A DNA stretch of 63,998 bases, the filler included, from Diploschistes diacapsis (lineage: Eukaryota), in NCBI GenBank assembly GCA_023645945.1. It is 9 parts of 9 records of this genome, joined end to end, with 100 filler letters (N's around TTAATTAATTAA, not from the genome) between each part and the next. Parts side by side here need not be neighbours in the genome. Positions count along the whole stretch, not along the records: positions 36,468 to 41,052 come from JALAIB010001681.1; positions 41,153 to 45,734 come from JALAIB010001682.1; positions 45,835 to 50,414 come from JALAIB010001683.1; 6 more parts are not named here. One strand, given 5' to 3'. Shown piece by piece: positions 36,468-48,222 of the stretch; positions within the stretch are counted from its first letter, which is position 1, and every line of letters begins with the position of its first letter. The notes below the pieces were generated by a model. The model searched no databases. It was given only the letters and a program-made list of their open reading frames with translations, and was not told the origin of the DNA. The position numbers were made by a program, and so were the translations under genes.

Positions 36468-39400
36468 GGGTTAATAAAGTTAAAAATCTTCGCTTCGAGT
36501 TTCTTAATAATAAACTTTTAATAAAAAAATTAATATTATTTAAGCGTAAATTCGAATAATACTAAATTTAAATATTGAAGATAAATATAAATAATATATA
36601 TTAATTAATTATAACGTTTTTTAAGAGAGTTGTGCCATTAAAATTAAAATTAGATCCTTTCGTGTTCCCGATTTAATAATTTAATTATCTTAGGCCCTAT
36701 TTGGCTGCATATAGAGCAGCTTTACGTAACGCGTTTAATAAACCAGCCTTATCACGCTATCGCTTATCATCCTCGGCCTAATAATCCAGCCTCGGCCCAG
36801 CCTCGGCCCAGCCTTCCAGCTTTTTTAACTCTGCGTATACGTAATAGTATCTTTACGATGCTCTCGCAGGCGTAATATTTATCGTAATATTAGGTTACGT
36901 AAAGTTTCAGAACATCAACGAGCAAGATAACGATCATATTGCCGCTGTTTTCCCGATGTCTAGACCAAAAATCGTCCATTTTGGTCAGGGTGGAGGCGGC
37001 GGCGATAGGGTTTCTGTCCATTTTAGATCATTCGTAGAGTGCTGTTTTTAGTGGTCTAGAATGTCATGTGACCTCGTACAAGCTACGTAGAGGTTCTACG
37101 CATGTTCTACGCTGACCACCAAACAGGGCCTTAGTTTCTTGATGCTTACGTCATCATAGACCTTCTTCAGATGGAATAAGATATTGAAAGTACTAGTACT
37201 GTGTCAATTCTCATGTTATAATAAAATTAGTTTAACCTCTATATTTCGCGATGGTTAAGATAAGTAACCAGATATATTTTAAATTACAATAACGGCTAGA
37301 CGTCGTTATTATTCAATCTATTACTTACTTTAGAGAGCAGCGAGAACGAATTTATAGAACAACTTAATTATTCCTATCTCTTAAATTCAAAGTTTAAAAC
37401 TATTATTGGATCTATAATCTCCGTCTTTTTAAATACATATCTGTCTGCGACTTTAAGAAATCAAGTATACTTAAACGATGAAAATAATTCTTACAGAAAC
37501 TCTAAACGCAAATACTTCTTATAATAACGAAAACGGCGTTATATATATCTATTTTTCCGATCCGGCCGAAAAAGTTTCTACTCGCTTTATTCGAAATCTT
37601 ACTTACAATTAACAAAAACCTTCGATATAAAGTAAAACGTACTATACACGACGCGATTAAGTTTGTAGCAAAGTATTAAAATATTTCTAAAAAGATCCGA
37701 GACCTTTAGCCCCGTCGATCGAAATATAACATAAATATAGAATTACTTTATAGTATAATATTAATAAAACGGGTATTATATTTATTAAAACGTTCTTAAG
37801 TTTACGAAAATTTTATACGATAGGTTTATTTAAATCTATTTATATTCAAAAAATTTAAAAAAAAAGTTAAAAAATTAAAAGAAAGGTTTCGCGTTGGTAA
37901 AAACTGGTTTAAAATCTAGAATAAGTTTTATTTTAAGTATTTTAACTTTGATCTCCTCGCAGAATAATGCTTCTATAAAGGCTTAAAAGTAGATTTAATA
38001 TCCGTTCTACTTTATAGAGACTGATTTTATTAGGATAAAAAGATTCAAATCCGAAGATATATTAAAATAATTATCCCGTATATAACATTAATATAAATCA
38101 TAAATAAACAATATTTTATTAATAAATAATATTCCTACCCTTATCCCTATATCTCATCAACCTTAAAACAATAAGCCCAAATCCAGCAATCACTACATCC
38201 CATCCCAGCGCCGTTATAGCCGACGACTCGGCCAACGCGCCCCTTAATCTCTCTACAATCACCACCGCGCCGTTCCCTACAGTAAGCGTCTTGAGCACCA
38301 TATCACCCGCAGCCAAAGGCAGGAAAATAGTCCAGAATAAGGAACTTTTATTCCCGTTTCCATTCATATCCTCCTTCCCTTTACCACCATCCCTACCTTT
38401 ACCGTTGCCGCTACCATCACTATCTTCTCTACCCTTCCCGTTCTCCTCCTTCTCATCACTTTCAAAAAAACCTTTTTTTAATAAAACATACGGAGCGCTA
38501 AATAAACCCCTCGTCGTTAATATAGCGGGTATAAATAGTCGTGTACTCGCCGTTAATACGACAGGAAACCGCGTTATTAAATTTACGTACAGAAATGACA
38601 AGACGAGCGCGACGGCGTTCCGTTTAATTAACCCGTTCCAAGAAACGTTCGGTTTATTTACCGCGCTCGACCCCGAATCCGTAACACGCGTTATTACCTT
38701 TTTAATATTTAAATTCTCCTTTCGCGCCGCTTTCAGCTCCCGATATAATAATATAATTATTTTAAACAACCCTTTCGTATAATTTACCGATAGAATCTAC
38801 GCGAACATAAAATATAAATCTACGTATGAAATACGTTAGCGTTATATAATAACCGCCGTGCGCCACGCCCACCCGAGCTCGAAATATAATATTAAATTCA
38901 TTTATTATACGTATCCGAACGAAAAAAGAAAGACGATAACGAAATCGTAAAAAAGAATCAAATAAAAGATTTAATATTAAAAATAAAAAAAAGATTGCGG
39001 ATCGATAAGGGTTTTAAAGAACGATAAATAAAAGAAGGAGGACGGACGGAACGCCCCTTAGGTAACGTAGAAAATAACGTAAAAACGCACGAGAAAGGAG
39101 GACATATGCCAGTTTAGCGCTGCGAAGGAGAGGAAAGAAAGCGCGATACGGAAACGGAAAGCTATACGAAAGTTAAACGAGTAAATAATATTAAACTAAC
39201 GGATAAAAAGCGGGAAGGAGATATAAATACATTAAAGATACTAAATAATATAAAAGATAAAAATAAAGACGGCGAGGATATTAAAGATAAAGACGAGAAT
39301 ATCGAGAATATTGATATTTATGTTTATATTAGAATTATCGTGGGCGTTGGCGGGCTACGAGACGGAAGAAGAAAAAAAAGGGTAAAAAGGCTACGGAACC

Positions 39401-41052
39401 GATATTGTGGCTATTGAGATAAACTACGAGGTATGCTTTTAGATATTATAGTCGTTAAAAAGATAAACGTGATATCAAGTAATTGGTGGATTGAGTACTA
39501 GATAATAATATTTAAGATTGAACGCAACCTTCCAAACAATGGGAGGTTGGCTCAGTTATATACTTCATAATGGCCGCTGGGACCACCGAACGTCCCAGCG
39601 GCCACCGAACCTAGGCCACTGTGGACGCTGGCGATCGTGCCCCACCAAGTGTCCCTGGACCAGTCGTTAAGACCTGGTTCGGCACTTGTCATCCCTGGCT
39701 CTAAGCCGGGACCGTGAGGTAAATTTTCACCCGCACAGCCACATCCAATAATAGAACAGGTCAAAGGCGTTTAGTGGGATCTAGATAAAGAATTTAATTA
39801 TTTATTTTGTTGAGTAGGCAGAAGGTATGGCTGAGAAAATTTAGCTGAACCTACTAGGGTTCCCGTTAATCTATTTAGCTTTATTTCAACCAAAAAGGTC
39901 CTATATAAAACATATTAAGGCTTATGCTATCTAACTTACCTAAAAGCAAGCAGCAATGATTTTCATTTAATAATAAAATTTTAATCGTAACTTTATAACT
40001 TTAACGGGCTAGCTTTCCTTTCTTTAAACGATCGATCATGCCTTCGGTTCCTTTACCACGATAATACTTATTCGCGCTTTTAATTATAACACCATTTTCG
40101 TAAAGAATATTCCTATATCTTATTTCGAAATCCTTCCTTAACGTCTTTATTTAACGTTTTATTAAACTACCTTCGCTTATCCTTTCTTCGCCTTAACGGT
40201 TTTTACGTATCGCCGTTACCCTTTATTATACCTAACTTTTCACGTTATGCGACGATAACGGCCTTCGTGCGGTCGAATTATGACCGATAAATAAGGTAAT
40301 AATAAAACGGCCGACGTAAATAAAGTCATAATCGTAATTTATTTATTATAATAATTAATCTAAAAAATATTTCACGTTTTCTAAATAAGTCTATGCCGCC
40401 GACGGCTTGAGGCTGCGTTTCGTAAATAAAAGATCTAATAATCTTCGGATTAGTAAACCACGGCTAAACGAATTTAGCTCACATAGTTCGTTCTTAGGCG
40501 CTTAATTCGGTTTAACGTAATAATAACCGTAGATACTTAATATTATCTAGATTAAAAAATAAAGTCCGAGGAAACATAAATCGATCCTAAATTAAGTTAC
40601 TACGTGAAACATTATTAATCTTTAAAGTTAAGAGTTTTATTATTCTTATAATTACGTCGAGCTTTTAGACAACGATCTAGCATATAGGCGAGATTATAAA
40701 AAATTAATCGCGGAAGCTGAAATGAGCTGGACCCGAAAGCGTCCTACCCGTGCATTTCTTAAGCAGTTCTAATTGGACAGTAAAGAAGACCTTTAGAAAA
40801 AACGATCGCTATAGCCCAACTATTTGGTCGCTGCGGTTATTAATTACGAGAATAATAACTACATAAGCTTTAAAGCGCCCATCTTATCTTCCGTTAAGGA
40901 TGATCTAGTTTATATACCGCGGAAACTTCAGCTCGAAGGATTAATCTATTACAGCTACCGTAGCTCGACGGCGTATATACCTTTTCGAGAAAACGTAACG
41001 AAACTTATGCTTTATAAAATATAAATTAATTATAAAATATACGTCGTAATAT
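36468..41052. repeat. AT-rich RIP-type degraded contig (unclassified repeat/gene relics; LTR-like fragment near 39809-39890)
   Basis: TpA-rich, CpA/TpG-poor, CpG retained. TGTTGAGTAGGCAGAAGGTATGGCT resembles the start of the Copia LTR at 60120. Confidence 0.7.
38119..39110 (-). pseudogene. RIP-degraded conserved fungal multi-pass membrane protein gene
   Basis: Residual LGWAWRTAVII...YFMFA*ILSVNY...LF and ALAESSAITALGWDVVIAGFGL. The 5' part has stops and AT-shifted codons. Confidence 0.5.
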
Positions 41053-41153
41053 NNNNNNNNNNNNNNNNNNNNNNNNNNNNNNNNNNNNNNNNNNNNTTAA
41101 TTAATTAANNNNNNNNNNNNNNNNNNNNNNNNNNNNNNNNNNNNNNNNNNNNC

Positions 41154-41537
41154 TTCTACACCCTCTCCCCCCTCTCCGGCACCCACCTCGTCCTGGCCCC
41201 CTTCCACGGCAGAGTGGCCTGCCAGACGATCCTGATCGGCCGCGGCGTGTGCGGGACCGCCGCCTCGACGCGGCAGACGCAGCTGGTGCCCGACGTCGGG
41301 CGCTTCCCGGGCCACATAGCCTGCGACGCCGCGAGCCGGAGCGAGATCGTGGTTCCGATGCTGGTCGCCCGGCGGGACCGGGACCGGGACGGGGACGGGG
41401 AAGGCGAAGGCAATGGGGAAAGGGAGCTGGTGGGGGTCATCGACGTGGATTGCGCGGTGCCGGAGGGCTTCGATGCGGAGGATAGGAGGTGGTTGGAGGA
41501 GCTTGCGCGGGTGTTGGCGGAGGGGTGCGATTGGTAG
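41154..41537 (+). CDS. GAF-domain free methionine-R-sulfoxide reductase (fRMsr/YKL069W-like), 5'-truncated by the contig end
   Basis: LVLAPFHGRVACQTI..GRGVCGTAA...VPDV..FPGHIACDAASRSEIVVP...VGVIDVDC...FDAED. Confidence 0.92.
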   Translation, partial: FYTLSPLSGTHLVLAPFHGRVACQTILIGRGVCGTAASTRQTQLVPDVGRFPGHIACDAASRSEIVVPMLVARRDRDRDGDGEGEGNGERELVGVIDVDCAVPEGFDAEDRRWLEELARVLAEGCDW

Positions 41538-41544
41538 CTACCTG

Positions 41545-41650
41545 GCTGTGACTGCGGCTGTGGCTGTGGCTATGGCTGTACCATGTGCAACAACGGACGC
41601 GAGTGCGTCGGTCAAGCAAGCAAGTAGGCAAGCAAGCAAGCAAGCGAGCG
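41545..41650 (+). repeat. (GGCTGT)n and (GCAA)n microsatellites in the 3' flank of the GAF gene
   Basis: Directly visible tandem units. Confidence 0.7.
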
Positions 41651-41877
41651 ATCAGGAAGGTTGTTGTGTGTTTCTTCTAGAGCTATGTACATGTGATTCT
41701 GTTTCCGCTACTGTACATGGCCCAGCGCCCATGCCTGGCCGCCAGGAGTATGCGAGGGTCAAGGGAATGCTGCAGGCGAAACCTCGTAAGGGGGAAGTAC
41801 AGTGCGGCGGATAGTATTGGAGTGAAGAAGGTATGATAGGCAGAAGAGCCGCTGCCCGACGGTGGCCAAAGGGTCTT

Positions 41878-44525
41878 TCAGACGTCTTTTATGTAATTCG
41901 CGGGCACGCTCTTCGTCTGCCCGCCTTTCTCAACCTCTGCCCAGCCGTCGCCGGTGTCCCGGTTGACGAGGACAAAGCGGTCTCCTTCCGACATGCTGAA
42001 CTCCACATCGCTCTGTGCAGAGTAATCGTACAGTGCCTCCACGAGGTGAAGCTTCTTCGCTCCGCGCTTCGGTGCTACGGCGGGGCCCTTCTTTTTCCCT
42101 GCTGGCCCTGTGCTCGTACTACCTGCGACTGAGGCGGAAGAGGTCGAGTAGTCCGACATTGGTCGATCAGGTAATTCTGTAGGTTGATAAATCTCGCAAT
42201 AACTGGCAGGCACAACCCCAGTAGAACCGCCTGCCGTAACCATTACCCAGCCTGAGCCATCTGTGTGCCAGATTAACGATGATCGAGATCGGCGATCCCA
42301 CAAAGTAGCTTACCGTCCGGTTCGACCAGCACGACCTCAGCGCCTTCGTCCACAGTGAGTTCACCCGCGTCACTTGCTTGATAAGGATACAACATTTTGC
42401 CCTTGGCTTCTCTCCTTGGCCTCGCGCCGTTAGGTATATCACCTGCCGCCTCGCTAACAAATGACGTGGGCGGTGGTGCAACGATGCGGCCCTTGCGGCC
42501 AGCAGGGACATCCTGGCCACCGTCCGCCCCTGGCGCTTTGCTTGCCCCAGAAACCGACCTTTGCGCGCTGGCCGCATAGCCTGAGCTCAGCGAGTTCATC
42601 GTGTTACTGCGACTCAGGGACGGTAACTCAGCGATACCTGGCGGCGGTGCTCCTCCGTTCGTTGTTGGAGGTGGAGCGGCTGCAGCAGCTACCGCAGCAG
42701 CTTGTCTTTCTGATTTCAGTTTCTTCTTCGCCTCCTTTGACTGTTCGCCGGGGCAATCGGCTGGAACCTTCATCTCGCACTTGCTGTGGCAAGTATAACC
42801 ACAATCTATGCAGTCGAATCCCTTGGCAGACAAACCCCATATCCTTTCGCCACAAAGGTCACAGTTCGTCGGTATCTTGAACGTCTGTGACTTGAAATTA
42901 TGATTTTGAGCGCCTATTGATATGTCGCCGACCACGGATGTGATGGTGGACGTCTCGACCTCTGCAATTATCCACTTTCGTTCGCACTCGTGTAGTTCCT
43001 CTTGAAGTGCGAATATTGCCCTGACCACTTCAACCTCGTCCCTCTTGTCCTTACCGTCTCTGATATTCTGACGTATTTGCCGTGCCTTCTCCACATCTCG
43101 TTGCTTCTGATCGACCTCGCGCTTGTATTCGTTACGCTGTGTTTTCGATTTGAGAAGGATGTTCTTCAGGAACACCTTCGCTGTATCGTCGACCACCATA
43201 CTAGCATCATCATGCCAGACAGGACTTGGCTCAAAGCCCATGTCTGGCGGTTCTTGCCATGTTGCAACGTTATGTCGAATAAACATCATGCTATCTAGTT
43301 TTGGGTCATTCCTTGGTATTTCGGATGTTAGAAACTGCATGTGGTCTGAACTCCTTAATAAAGCATTGTTCTCTAATTTTGAGGCTAGCGTCCACATAGA
43401 ATTCGTGAACGAGACTCGGGTCTCCGACAAATCCTGCATGTTCTGCAAATCCTCTTCAGTATCTTGTCCATGTTGAGGACCCATGATCTTACATCTAATA
43501 GTTCGGGAACATACTCGTGGTAGTATCTTTCCTTCTGCTTGTTCTATGGCGTGTCAGCGTATTAGGTTGTGTGTCCGGTTAGATCTCACGGTAACATGAA
43601 TGTTAATCAAATAAGAATTCTAAGCCCGCCATCAGTGGTTTCAACTTTCTTCAAGTTTTTGTAAACCAACCTTGACATTGTTCACCTCCGCTTGCTGCTG
43701 TGAATATGCACTTTGCGCCTTCGGCTTACTGCAGCAAGTCAACTGTCACGGCTTTTGTACAACTGACCAGCATTACCTTGAGTCGAAGCTAGATTCTATC
43801 TTCTTCCTACGACTTTCAAGCTCCTGACACACCCCGTCATATTGACCTTTCGAGCGCTTGAGAGTCGCTATAGGACCGATGAGCACTTGTTCGCCGCCAG
43901 ATTGTGACACTCCCACTTACTGTATGCGCCATCCCGCTCTTTCTCAAGTTTCGCTGCGTATTCGACATGGCTCTTGCGTACTTCTTCAAATCGTAGAGAC
44001 ACATTCTTAATAGGGTCTGCAATTTGCTGGATCAGCTCTGTGGCATATCGTTCGTGCTCAGCCGCTCGCTTCTCGACGGTGGATAGTTGCGTAGTCCAAG
44101 TGGTGAGTGAAGCACTGAGATTGCACGTCAGACATGGCTCTTCCACGCTTTGGCAATACCGACCTTTCGAGAGATCCTGGAGTCAGGGTCGGCGTATCTC
44201 CCACGCTTAGAGTTCCGACTTTCTTCGCCTTCTTCTCATGGAATCTCTTCGCGAGCGCACTTAATTTAGCGCTATACTCCTTTTCAATAGCGCTACGCTC
44301 TCTATAGAACGACTGGATCTCTTCGAGCCAGCTGATGCCCGTCGTAACCTGTCGTCAGTTAGAACGGTGGTCTCCAAGCTTTATCCACTAATGTTTTTGC
44401 ATACCCATACATTGACTGGCTTGAACCCATCCTAGCGAAAGCGTCAACCAGCGCAGCCGGGAAATTGGAGTGTGATTGACCTTCAGTTCAGCCCCGAAAC
44501 TCGGGGCAGTGTCAACACCCGCCAT
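41878..44525 (-). CDS. BZZ1: Actin polymerization protein Bzz1 (F-BAR, C1, two SH3 domains), multi-exon
   Basis: MAGVDTAPSFGAELK; F-BAR FYRERSAIEKEYS; C1 HNFKSQTFKIPTNCDLC...CHSKC; SH3 domains MLYPYQA...ELTV and ALYDYSA...GDGWAEV...VPANY. Confidence 0.95.
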
Positions 44526-45019
44526 ACCAGGGGCGTACGATCCAAAAGCTCTGAAGTCTTCTTGTAACTCGAATTTGAGGCATTGGACCTCGGCGATTTA
44601 TAGACGCCAATAAGGTGGCTTTAGACTAAAACGGAACTAGGGAGTTTCAATACTCGGACTACTGAGGTATAGAATAATATCATATGTCGGCAAGTAGCCT
44701 GCAAGTTCCTAAGCGAAGCAGTAAGTAATAAGTAAAAAATCTAGGCTTAAAAAACTGGGTAGGTTATTGGGGGTTGCACCCCCAAACCCTCGCTTTTTTT
44801 TACTTATGGAGATTGCATCCCTATATTCTTGCTTGTGTAGTTCACCTGAACATTTAAGAGTCTGAATAGCTTCAATAATTGTTCACTTTAAGATAGATTA
44901 AAAATAAACACATTTATAACTTAATTTCTCACGCGTAAAATAAGTATTTTTAATTTCTGTAAAAATGATTTTTTTAGTTTCGTCGATATTTTATTAGTAG
45001 TTATAATTAATATTATATA

Positions 45020-45050
45020 ACGTGTTTGACGGGGATTCCGGCCACTTTTG
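45020..45050 (+). mobile_element. Fot1/Pogo-like DNA transposon TIR remnant
   Basis: TA-ACGTGTTTGACGGGGATTCCGGCCAC, near-identical to 59620 and similar to the reverse complement at about 60495-60543. Confidence 0.6.
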
Positions 45051-45079
45051 TTAAGAAATAGTTTAAATCTTCAATAATT

Positions 45080-45400
45080 TTTCGAAATTGTTTGGCAACG
45101 TAATGGATATCTTGAAGTCTGGAGGTCTTATCTAGGAGGTTATCCTACTTTGCAGACTTTTATCCTTGTGGGATACGCTAAGCCTTATTACCTACACTAT
45201 TCCTTATTCGGTCTAGTTAAAATTCCAAAAGATTCAGTTAAACTGAACCTCGAAGTTTAGCTGAACTGAACCTCCTTTTAAAACTTAATTATACTTCTAG
45301 CCATACCTTCTATCTATTTGTTTAATATTTCCCTACAAGCGGAATCATCCGGCATGTTTATATAATGTAATTAAATATCTTTTAAATTAAACCGAGTCTC
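45080..45400 (-). mobile_element. Copia-type LTR plus adjacent 3' internal remnant (diverged copy of 60060-60370)
   Basis: Aligns by eye with the reverse complement of 60080-60368 (TGTTTGGCAACGTAATGGATAT...GCTAAGCC...CGGTCTAGTTA...CTAGCCATACCTTCTAT). Confidence 0.75.
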
Positions 45401-45405
45401 TTAAT

Positions 45406-45734
45406 TAGGCTGGCCGTTACTGACACTGACACGGCCGTGTCAGTGACACGGATACTGATAGTGTTAGTGTCCGTGTTTTAGATTTTTTAGCTGTAGTGTC
45501 CGTGTCCGTGGATTTACGGAAGTGTAGTATCCGTATTAATATCAATATTTAAAAATTTTTAATTATAATATCCGTATCCGTGTTTTTATTATAGTATAGT
45601 ACATTTTTTTAATTTTAATAATTTTAGATTTATCACGCCTATTTGTCACGCTTTTATTTTTTTAAAAAAATTTCACGGCGATGTTTCGGTAGATTCACCG
45701 TAATATTTTCGTGAATTTACGGAAATGTAATATC
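45406..45734 (+). mobile_element. Probable hAT-like transposon end with subterminal CCGTG/CACGG repeats
   Basis: Starts TAGGCTGGCC, has a 22-bp palindrome at 45424-45445, and many (GTGT)CCGTG units that decay into AT-rich sequence. Confidence 0.5.
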
Positions 45735-45834
45735 NNNNNNNNNNNNNNNNNNNNNNNNNNNNNNNNNNNNNNNNNNNNTTAATTAATTAANNNNNNNNNN
45801 NNNNNNNNNNNNNNNNNNNNNNNNNNNNNNNNNN

Positions 45835-46234
45835 GGACTAGGGGGATTGTGGTGAGGGAGACGAAGTTTACGGTTATGGTTGTTACGAGGGGGGATGGGG
45901 TGAGGAGTGAGTGCCGGCCTTGAGAGGCTTTCTGTGATTCGTTTTGCAATATTTGGGATGAGGATGTGCTTGCTATGCCCTGTTTTTTTCTAAGGATTTT
46001 TTGGCTGACTGGCACAACGCTGCAGCTATACCTAAAAAAGGGGCCATATTCCGGCTCGAAATCCCGCAGCCAACAGCGGCCACTGGCGACGACCAGCGCC
46101 TGGATATCGACGCACTTCCCACCGAGGGATCGCCGCCAAAGCTTGTCCTCGAGTTGCATGGTTCCCAGATCGAATGTCGACCGGCCGATCGAGCCACTCG
46201 AAAGTTTAAGCCAAAGAGAATAGACGACCTTTGA
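45835..46234 (+). CDS. POP4: RNase P/MRP subunit p29 (Pop4), 5'-truncated
   Basis: GIVVRETKFTVMVVT...GVR, a GTGAGT...CAG intron, then TIPKKGAIFRLEIP...ELHGSQIECRPADRATRKFK. Confidence 0.88.
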
Positions 46235-46253
46235 TATCGTGTGGAAAGCGACT

Positions 46254-47663
46254 TCAGGCCTGGTTTTCTACGCCGAGACTACTGGCCGGCGGGTTGGCTC
46301 CGAGGCTGCTGAATGGGACGTCCGGCGAATTTTCTGGAAATCCCAGGAGTATGTTATCTATTAATCGGACCCTTCTCGCGTCAGAGTCTATGCCCAGTTT
46401 CTCGCCGACCTGAACCTCCTCCAAAGGCAACATTACCACGGCACCGCTCAGAATAGCACCCTTTTCACCAACGTGCTCAACCTCTTCTAATGTCAGAGGA
46501 TCAGCAAGGGAAAGGTACTCGAGCTCGAATCTCGCCCGTTCGCTAGGTGGCAACTCGCGCTGCTGGTCCTGCACTTTTTTAGCGACATCTAATGCGGCGC
46601 TGAGCAGAGCGGACCGCGCCCCGGGCTGCTCTTTCGAATGATGGAACCATTCACGACATGCACGAAGAGAACGGAAAAGAACGGACGCTACGTTTTTGCG
46701 CCTTTCGCCCAAGTATGCGTTCCGTGAACTGAGGGCAAGGCCAGTAGAATTGCGCTCGGTCGGGACTCTATAAACCTCGACGTTCAGATGAAACTCTTTG
46801 ACCATGCGGTTGATTATGACGAGCTGCTGGATGTCCTTTTGTCCGAAGAATACTTTCTCTGGTTGAACAATGTTCAACAATTTCAGAACAACAGTTGTCA
46901 CCCCTTGAAAAAATGTCGGACGAGCTTTGCCTTCCAGCGTCTGCGTCATCCGCGGGCTCATGATGAGATGGGAAGTATGTTCCAGTCCGACCGGGTACAT
47001 CTCCCTCGTTGTAGGTGTAAAGACGCAGGCAATGGTCCCTTGCTGGTCCTCGAGTAATGATTTGTTCAATTCACGCAGCATTCGTAGATCCTCATCCAAG
47101 GTACGTGGATATGTGTCGAGATCTTCATTAACCCCGAATTGGGTGGGGTTGACGTAGATCGACACATATATGCTCTCGCTATGCCGAGCAGCGTGTTTTA
47201 TCAGCTTGAGATGTCCGCTGTGAAGCGCACCCATTGTTGGTACCAAAGCCACTCTCTTGTGCTTCGTGGACGCGATGTTTCGTAGAACCCTTAGGTCATG
47301 GATATTAGAAACGACATCAAATGCTCCAGTAGAGTCCATCGTCCAGTCTTGCAGAGGCTTTGGATAGTCAGCAAATGACACCCTAATGGGACAAGCACCC
47401 ACGACTTTGAGGATGTGTTTTCCTATTTTCAGCTTTCCAGCTATACGGCGTACTAGCGGCTGTGGGTATCGTGACATGGAGCTGTCCGCGGAAGCTTTAC
47501 TCAAGCATGCTGTGGAAGTATAGGGTCTGTTTCCGAGAATTTCCCACCAGATGGCCCTCTCTGGTCGACGTGCTGCAAGCGAACAGCAGCGGTGAAGTAA
47601 TGTTCCATACATCTGCGTGCACATCATTGGCGCGCAAAGGCTAGGGATTCTCAACATAGACAT
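46254..47663 (-). CDS. PAN6: Pantoate-beta-alanine ligase; start uncertain (47339 or upstream with a presequence)
   Basis: VALVPTMGALHSGH, SIYVNPTQFG..EDLDTYPR, LEGKARPTFFQGV, FGQKDIQQ, GLALSSRN, VRLIDNI. Confidence 0.95.
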   Translation of the reverse strand: MSMLRIPSLCAPMMCTQMYGTLLHRCCSLAARRPERAIWWEILGNRPYTSTACLSKASADSSMSRYPQPLVRRIAGKLKIGKHILKVVGACPIRVSFADYPKPLQDWTMDSTGAFDVVSNIHDLRVLRNIASTKHKRVALVPTMGALHSGHLKLIKHAARHSESIYVSIYVNPTQFGVNEDLDTYPRTLDEDLRMLRELNKSLLEDQQGTIACVFTPTTREMYPVGLEHTSHLIMSPRMTQTLEGKARPTFFQGVTTVVLKLLNIVQPEKVFFGQKDIQQLVIINRMVKEFHLNVEVYRVPTERNSTGLALSSRNAYLGERRKNVASVLFRSLRACREWFHHSKEQPGARSALLSAALDVAKKVQDQQRELPPSERARFELEYLSLADPLTLEEVEHVGEKGAILSGAVVMLPLEEVQVGEKLGIDSDARRVRLIDNILLGFPENSPDVPFSSLGANPPASSLGVENQA

Positions 47664-48222
47664 TGATAGCGCGCAAGAGACAGACTGCCTCCAGAGTGCT
47701 TTTGAAGTTCATTGAGTTGAGTCATGGGGGTTGCGCCGGGCTAATGTGTATCATCGTGGTGTGATCAAAACTCCAGCGTTGAAAAGAGACCTATTGGAAA
47801 TCACAAGTTCATATACACTAAATGCTGAGATTTGCCAGCCGGAAATCATGCAAAGGGCAGAAAACAAGGGCTAATGCTTTCTCTTCACAATGAGAGCCAG
47901 AGCAATAAGCCCTTAGGGCAGTAGAAGAGCTTGCAAGATTGTTTCTTTACTCTCGCCTAAATTGGCGGACGAGGAAGCATGACTAATCGCTGATCCCGCA
48001 AATTGGAATCAACTGTCGATTTTCAATTCTGGATCTTCAAAGATTTCTTTAAAAGTTTTTCTGAGGTTTTCTGGTGAGTGGTTGATCTCAAAAAATAGGC
48101 CAGTGAGGAGGAGAGTCGAAGCTGCTCTGGTTTCAAAGGTCGGTCCAGTTCGTTTGCCAGCGATCCTAAAGCTGCTTCAAGCTCTATCGATATCGGAAGG
48201 GTATCGGATTCCGTCAGCCAAG

